The translations under genes were made by a program, and so were the position numbers. A stretch of DNA of 63,636 nt, the filler included. It is 3 parts of 3 records of this genome, joined end to end, with 100 filler letters (N's around TTAATTAATTAA, not from the genome) between each part and the next. Parts side by side here need not be neighbours in the genome. Positions count along the whole stretch, not along the records: positions 53,351 to 63,636 come from SRR2962707_1828; 2 more parts are not named here. One strand, 5' to 3'. A model generated the notes under the pieces. That model saw only the letters and a list, made by a program, of their open reading frames with translations. It made no database searches and was not told where the DNA came from. Below, piece after piece: positions 58,591-63,636 of the stretch. Position 1 is the first letter of the stretch, and every line of letters starts with the position of its first letter.

Positions 58591-58953
58591 TTAATCTAAA
58601 GCTCCTTTTTTCCAAATATATATATACCCTATAACTAATTCAATTATAAAATCAATAACAACCCAAAATCCAAGCGGACCGGTATAATCAAATGCTACTG
58701 ACCAAGGGAATAAAAAAGCTACTTCAATATCAAATATGATAAATAAAATAGCAATAATATAAAATTTTATGTCAAATGTATTTCGAGCATCTTCAAAAGG
58801 TTCGAAACCACACTCATATGTTGATAATTTTTCTGTACCACCTACTTGAGAAGCGAATAGATATGAAATAATTACTAAAACAAATGCTATCGCTAGTGAT
58901 ACTATAAGATATATTAATACTGAGTTATATTCTAAAAAGAAAAGAGCGTTCAT
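58591..58953 (-). CDS. nad3: NADH dehydrogenase subunit 3
   Basis: EKLSTYECGFEP, FIIFDIEV.FLFPW, terminal KKGALD. Confidence 0.95.
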   Translation of the reverse strand: MNALFFLEYNSVLIYLIVSLAIAFVLVIISYLFASQVGGTEKLSTYECGFEPFEDARNTFDIKFYIIAILFIIFDIEVAFLFPWSVAFDYTGPLGFWVVIDFIIELVIGYIYIWKKGALD

Positions 58954-58959
58954 AAATAA

Positions 58960-60471
<1,512 letters not shown>

Positions 60472-60603
60472 CTAAAAAAATTTTTTATTTCTTGTATTTT
60501 TTGTTCTAAAAAAACTTTAATTTTTTCAAAATTACCAAAAAAAAGAAAAATTAATAAGCAAATTAAAAATAATTGCCCTAAACCTAAACGCATAATTTAA
60601 AAA

Positions 60604-61581
60604 TTAATTTTCAAAATCTGAAGGAAACTCTTCCTCTTCGATCATACTTAAAACAGATAAAACAAAATGAGATGTTATAAACTCTCTCATATCAAGACCT
60701 GTAACTACAATAGGCATAAATCCATGATTTACCCCACAAATTTCACTACATTGTCCATAAAATACACCAGGCCGTTTAATAAAAACAGAAGTTTGATTTA
60801 ACCGTCCAGGACAAGCATCTACTTTAACACCTAAAGAAGGTACTGCCCAACAATGTAAAACATCCGCTGCTGTAACAGTTAATTGAACGTGTGAATTAAT
60901 TGGTAATAATAATCGATTATCAACTTCTAATAATCGTAAATTTCCTTTTTCTAAATCTTCTGTAGGAATCATATAACTTTCAAATTTTTGCCCGTCAATA
61001 TGATCAGCAACATCAGCATCTTTACAGTTAGAATACTCGTAACACCAGTACCATTGATGACCAGTACATTTTACTGTTAACGAAGGCTCTACAAATTCTT
61101 CAATTGAATATAATAAAGCGAAAGAAGGTACTGCAATTAACATTAAAATTAATGCAGGAGTAACTGTCCAAGCAATTTCTATAGGTGTATGATGATTAAT
61201 TCCCGTAGAATAAACTTGTACAGAATTTAACAATTCTTTTGTAGAATTATTAATACCGGTACTTTTAATACGAATATTATTGTTTCGAGATAAAGAACCT
61301 AAAAAACCAGTTTGATCAGACCAACGTAAAGAAATATCCCCTGTAGGCGCAGAAAAAATAGCGATACAACGAATCAGCATCCATAAAACAAAAATTGTAA
61401 TAGCTACCAGGAAGAACATTAAATCATTATGAAAATTAATGATACCTTCCATAATAGGTGTGGCAGGATCAGAAAAACTTAATTGCCACGGCCCTGCGAC
61501 ATCCATCTGGCTTGTTTGAACATTAAAAATATTTAAAACGTTATTATACATATTAGAAAAACTACTTAATAAATTAGACAT
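60604..61581 (-). CDS. cox2: Cytochrome c oxidase subunit 2 with N-terminal leader and an insertion between the two TM helices
   Basis: [23 protein letters not shown] (CuA). The ORF-track start at 61674 falls inside trnK, so the start is placed at ATG 61581. Confidence 0.93.
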   Translation of the reverse strand: MSNLLSSFSNMYNNVLNIFNVQTSQMDVAGPWQLSFSDPATPIMEGIINFHNDLMFFLVAITIFVLWMLIRCIAIFSAPTGDISLRWSDQTGFLGSLSRNNNIRIKSTGINNSTKELLNSVQVYSTGINHHTPIEIAWTVTPALILMLIAVPSFALLYSIEEFVEPSLTVKCTGHQWYWCYEYSNCKDADVADHIDGQKFESYMIPTEDLEKGNLRLLEVDNRLLLPINSHVQLTVTAADVLHCWAVPSLGVKVDACPGRLNQTSVFIKRPGVFYGQCSEICGVNHGFMPIVVTGLDMREFITSHFVLSVLSMIEEEEFPSDFEN

Positions 61582-61616
61582 GATTAAAATATCAATATCA
61601 AACTTCTTAAAAAAAA

Positions 61617-61689
61617 TGAGTACATTGGGACTCGAACCCAAGACCCTCGAGTTAAAAGCCCGATGCTCTACCAACTAAGCTATGTACCC
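61617..61689 (-). tRNA. trnK: tRNA-Lys(UUU)
   Basis: GGGTACA acceptor strand, anticodon arm TCGGG-CT-TTT-AA-CTCGA, GGTTCGAGTCC T-loop. Confidence 0.93.
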
Positions 61690-61696
61690 AGAATGT

Positions 61697-61924
61697 CTAG
61701 AATTTACTCGAAACAACGTTAAAACGTTTAAATCGAGTATCTACATTTAAATAGTCGTAGAAAACTATAGATGAATAATGCTTTTTAATCTTCTGCGCAC
61801 GCATTTGTTGATTAAAAAAACTTAAAGGGCCAAAATACTTATAAATTAAAACGTATAAGCTAAAAAATATAATAAAAAGCCATAAAATTTGAGGGAACCA
61901 GGTAATATTATCTAACTGTGTCAT
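61697..61924 (-). CDS. atp8: ATP synthase subunit 8
   Basis: MTQLD..TWFPQILWL (variant of MPQLD), one TM helix, basic C-terminal region. Confidence 0.8.
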   Translation of the reverse strand: MTQLDNITWFPQILWLFIIFFSLYVLIYKYFGPLSFFNQQMRAQKIKKHYSSIVFYDYLNVDTRFKRFNVVSSKF

Positions 61925-61955
61925 TTATTTAATATATTTAAAATCTTTGCATAGA

Positions 61956-62027
61956 AGGGCCTAGTAGGATTCGAACCTACAGCAGTACCATTATGAGTGG
62001 TAAGTTATACCATTAAACTATAAGCCC
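61956..62027 (-). tRNA. trnI: tRNA with CAU anticodon, probably lysidine-type tRNA-Ile(CAU)
   Basis: GGGCTTATAGTTTAA 5' end, anticodon arm TACCA-CT-CAT-AA-TGGTA and GTAGGTTCGAATCCTAC resemble mitochondrial trnI(CAU); lacks the initiator GGG/CCC anticodon stem. Confidence 0.75.
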
Positions 62028-62031
62028 AATA

Positions 62032-62436
62032 TTAGTGCTTAATAATTTTCGTTTTAAATGGTAATTTAGAACCTCCAATACTTAAAGCATCTATTGCTTT
62101 TTGACTACTAACTCCAGATACTTCGTATAAAATTTGGCCTTTCTTAACACTACAAGCCCAATAAGAAACACCGCCTTTACCTTTACCCATACGAACTTTT
62201 AATGGTGTAGATGAAACAGGAGTATGAGCAAAAACTCTAACCCACATTTTTCCGAAAGGACGTATTTTTCTATTAATAGCCTGACGAGCTGTTTCAATAT
62301 GTTTTGAAGTTATCCGAGCATTTCCTAAAGCTTTTAATCCGAATAAACCAAACTTTAACCCTATAACACGGGTTTCTACACCTTTTGCTACCAATTTTCT
62401 TGATTTTTTAAATTTTCTTGATTTTGGAAAAAACAT
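62032..62436 (-). CDS. rpl16: Mitochondrial ribosomal protein L16
   Basis: FGLFGLKA, VRMGKGKG, KLPFK. Confidence 0.93.
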   Translation of the reverse strand: MFFPKSRKFKKSRKLVAKGVETRVIGLKFGLFGLKALGNARITSKHIETARQAINRKIRPFGKMWVRVFAHTPVSSTPLKVRMGKGKGGVSYWACSVKKGQILYEVSGVSSQKAIDALSIGGSKLPFKTKIIKH

Positions 62437-62446
62437 ATTTTAACTA

Positions 62447-63475
62447 TTAATAATAATACCAAATTTTAATACCACAAACTCCATAAATAGTAATAGATTC
62501 ATTAAAAGAATAATTAACTACAGAATCTATAGACTGTAAAGGCATTGAACCAAATAAAATTACTGAAGTTCTTTTTCTTAACGAAGATCCTAAACGACCT
62601 TTAAATTGAATTTTTAAACCACTTAAATTTGAAAATATAAATAAAGGTAATAAAGTTCTAGATAAAAAATTAAAAAAAAAATTAAATGATTTTATATTTT
62701 TTTTTACAACTTTACTAATAAAAATACCCAAAAGATTTGGACTTTTAAAAATAAACGAAGTATAAACTAAATGAACTAAAGACTGTACATCTAAACCCAC
62801 TAATTGATTAACCTTAGGGCGTATTTTTAAAAAAGTCATAATTTTTTTTACAGAATTTATATTATTATTTGCCTGTAAAGTTTTTTTAGAAAACATAGGA
62901 AAATTAACTAATGTTGAAAGATTTCGAAGATGTAAATTAACATGACAACCTGTTAATAAAGCTAAATTTGTTTCAATTAAACGTCTTAAACTAAAAACTA
63001 ATAAATAATCCGCATTTTTATTTAATTTTATTTTAATAATCATTGGAGTCATTTTTTTCTGTTTTTTAACTTTTAAAACTTGCACAAAATATTTTTGGTA
63101 TTTATGAATACTCATTTTTTTTGTTTTCAAGTAACTAAAAAACATCTTTTTTTTTGACGCCCATTTATGCTTTCTTTTTAAATTAAAAAATAAACGATCA
63201 TCTCCAAATGAATTACTATTAGAAGAAAAATTAACTGACGAATCATTTGAATAAAAAGAAACTTTAACATCAACATTATCTTTTTTTCTTTGTATTGAAA
63301 TATCATCAATTATACTATTATAAAATTGATACTGTAAAACATTTTTTACATAATCTCTAACGTATAAATCTTGATATAAAAGTTTTGAGTAATTATAATC
63401 TTCAAAAAAAGATTTAGAAACCCAATTTTTTTTTTGTGATAAACGTAAACTTGTAGGATTTGTTTTTTTACTCAT
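62447..63475 (-). CDS. rps3: Mitochondrial ribosomal protein S3 (expanded)
   Basis: MSKKTNPTSLRL N-terminus; GLKIQFKGRL and T.YGVCGIKIW C-terminus; lies between rps19 and rpl16. Confidence 0.88.
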   Translation of the reverse strand: MSKKTNPTSLRLSQKKNWVSKSFFEDYNYSKLLYQDLYVRDYVKNVLQYQFYNSIIDDISIQRKKDNVDVKVSFYSNDSSVNFSSNSNSFGDDRLFFNLKRKHKWASKKKMFFSYLKTKKMSIHKYQKYFVQVLKVKKQKKMTPMIIKIKLNKNADYLLVFSLRRLIETNLALLTGCHVNLHLRNLSTLVNFPMFSKKTLQANNNINSVKKIMTFLKIRPKVNQLVGLDVQSLVHLVYTSFIFKSPNLLGIFISKVVKKNIKSFNFFFNFLSRTLLPLFIFSNLSGLKIQFKGRLGSSLRKRTSVILFGSMPLQSIDSVVNYSFNESITIYGVCGIKIWYYY

Positions 63476-63476
63476 A

Positions 63477-63635
63477 TTATTTTTTATTTTTATGAGAAAA
63501 ATGTTTACGAGTTAAACAAAATTCTCCAAAACAATGACCTTTCATTCTCGAACTAACTAAAATAGATAAAAACTTATGCCCATTATGTACATAAAAAGTT
63601 TTACCTACATGACAATCTAAAATAACAGAATTACG
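63477..63635 (-). CDS. rps19: Mitochondrial ribosomal protein S19, C-terminal part; runs off the window end
   Basis: Not in the ORF track. Manual translation RNSVILDCHVGKTFYVHNGHKF...MKGHCFGEFCLTRK contains the S19 motifs VHNG and GH.FGEF..TR. Confidence 0.9.
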   Translation of the reverse strand, partial: RNSVILDCHVGKTFYVHNGHKFLSILVSSRMKGHCFGEFCLTRKHFSHKNKK

Positions 63636-63636
63636 A

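Noticed and set aside
61582-61674. Extra 31-aa N-terminus of Cox2 in the ORF track
   Set aside because: It begins inside tRNA-Lys; the plausible start is ATG 61581.

Overview
The window is three unrelated contigs joined by artificial 100-bp spacers (N-runs around TTAATTAATTAA, at 22570-22669 and 53251-53350). (1) 1-22569 is a Bacteroidota chromosome segment, probably Cytophagales-like. It carries part of a phenylacetate (paa) cluster, a short carB, accD, an orphan nqrF, a sigma54/IHF/UAS promoter in front of a small gene plus pspC, a candidate sRNA, and a four-gene PAS/REC/NarL signalling block. At the contig end is a tRNA 3' end followed by an array of structured tRNA-linked repeat units. 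(2) 22670-53250 is a gammaproteobacterial (probably marine, Marinomonas-like) Wzx/Wzy polysaccharide locus. It encodes GDP-fucose and CDP-3,6-dideoxyhexose synthesis, a sulfotransferase and a methyltransferase. Next to it are an intact IS5, a PAPS-supply module (cysD, cysNC, SLC13/TrkA-C transporter) and an apparently catalytically dead IS630-derived HTH gene. (3) 53351-63636 is an AT-rich protist mitochondrial genome fragment in the standard code: rps19-rps3-rpl16-trnI-atp8-trnK-cox2-cox1-nad3-trnE-nad7-cox3-rps13-trnS-rps11-nad5. Best candidates for new biology are the structurally covarying tRNA-linked repeat array, the sulfated-polysaccharide locus with its own PAPS supply, and the domesticated IS630-like gene. 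Family assignments come from motif recognition by eye; no searches were run.
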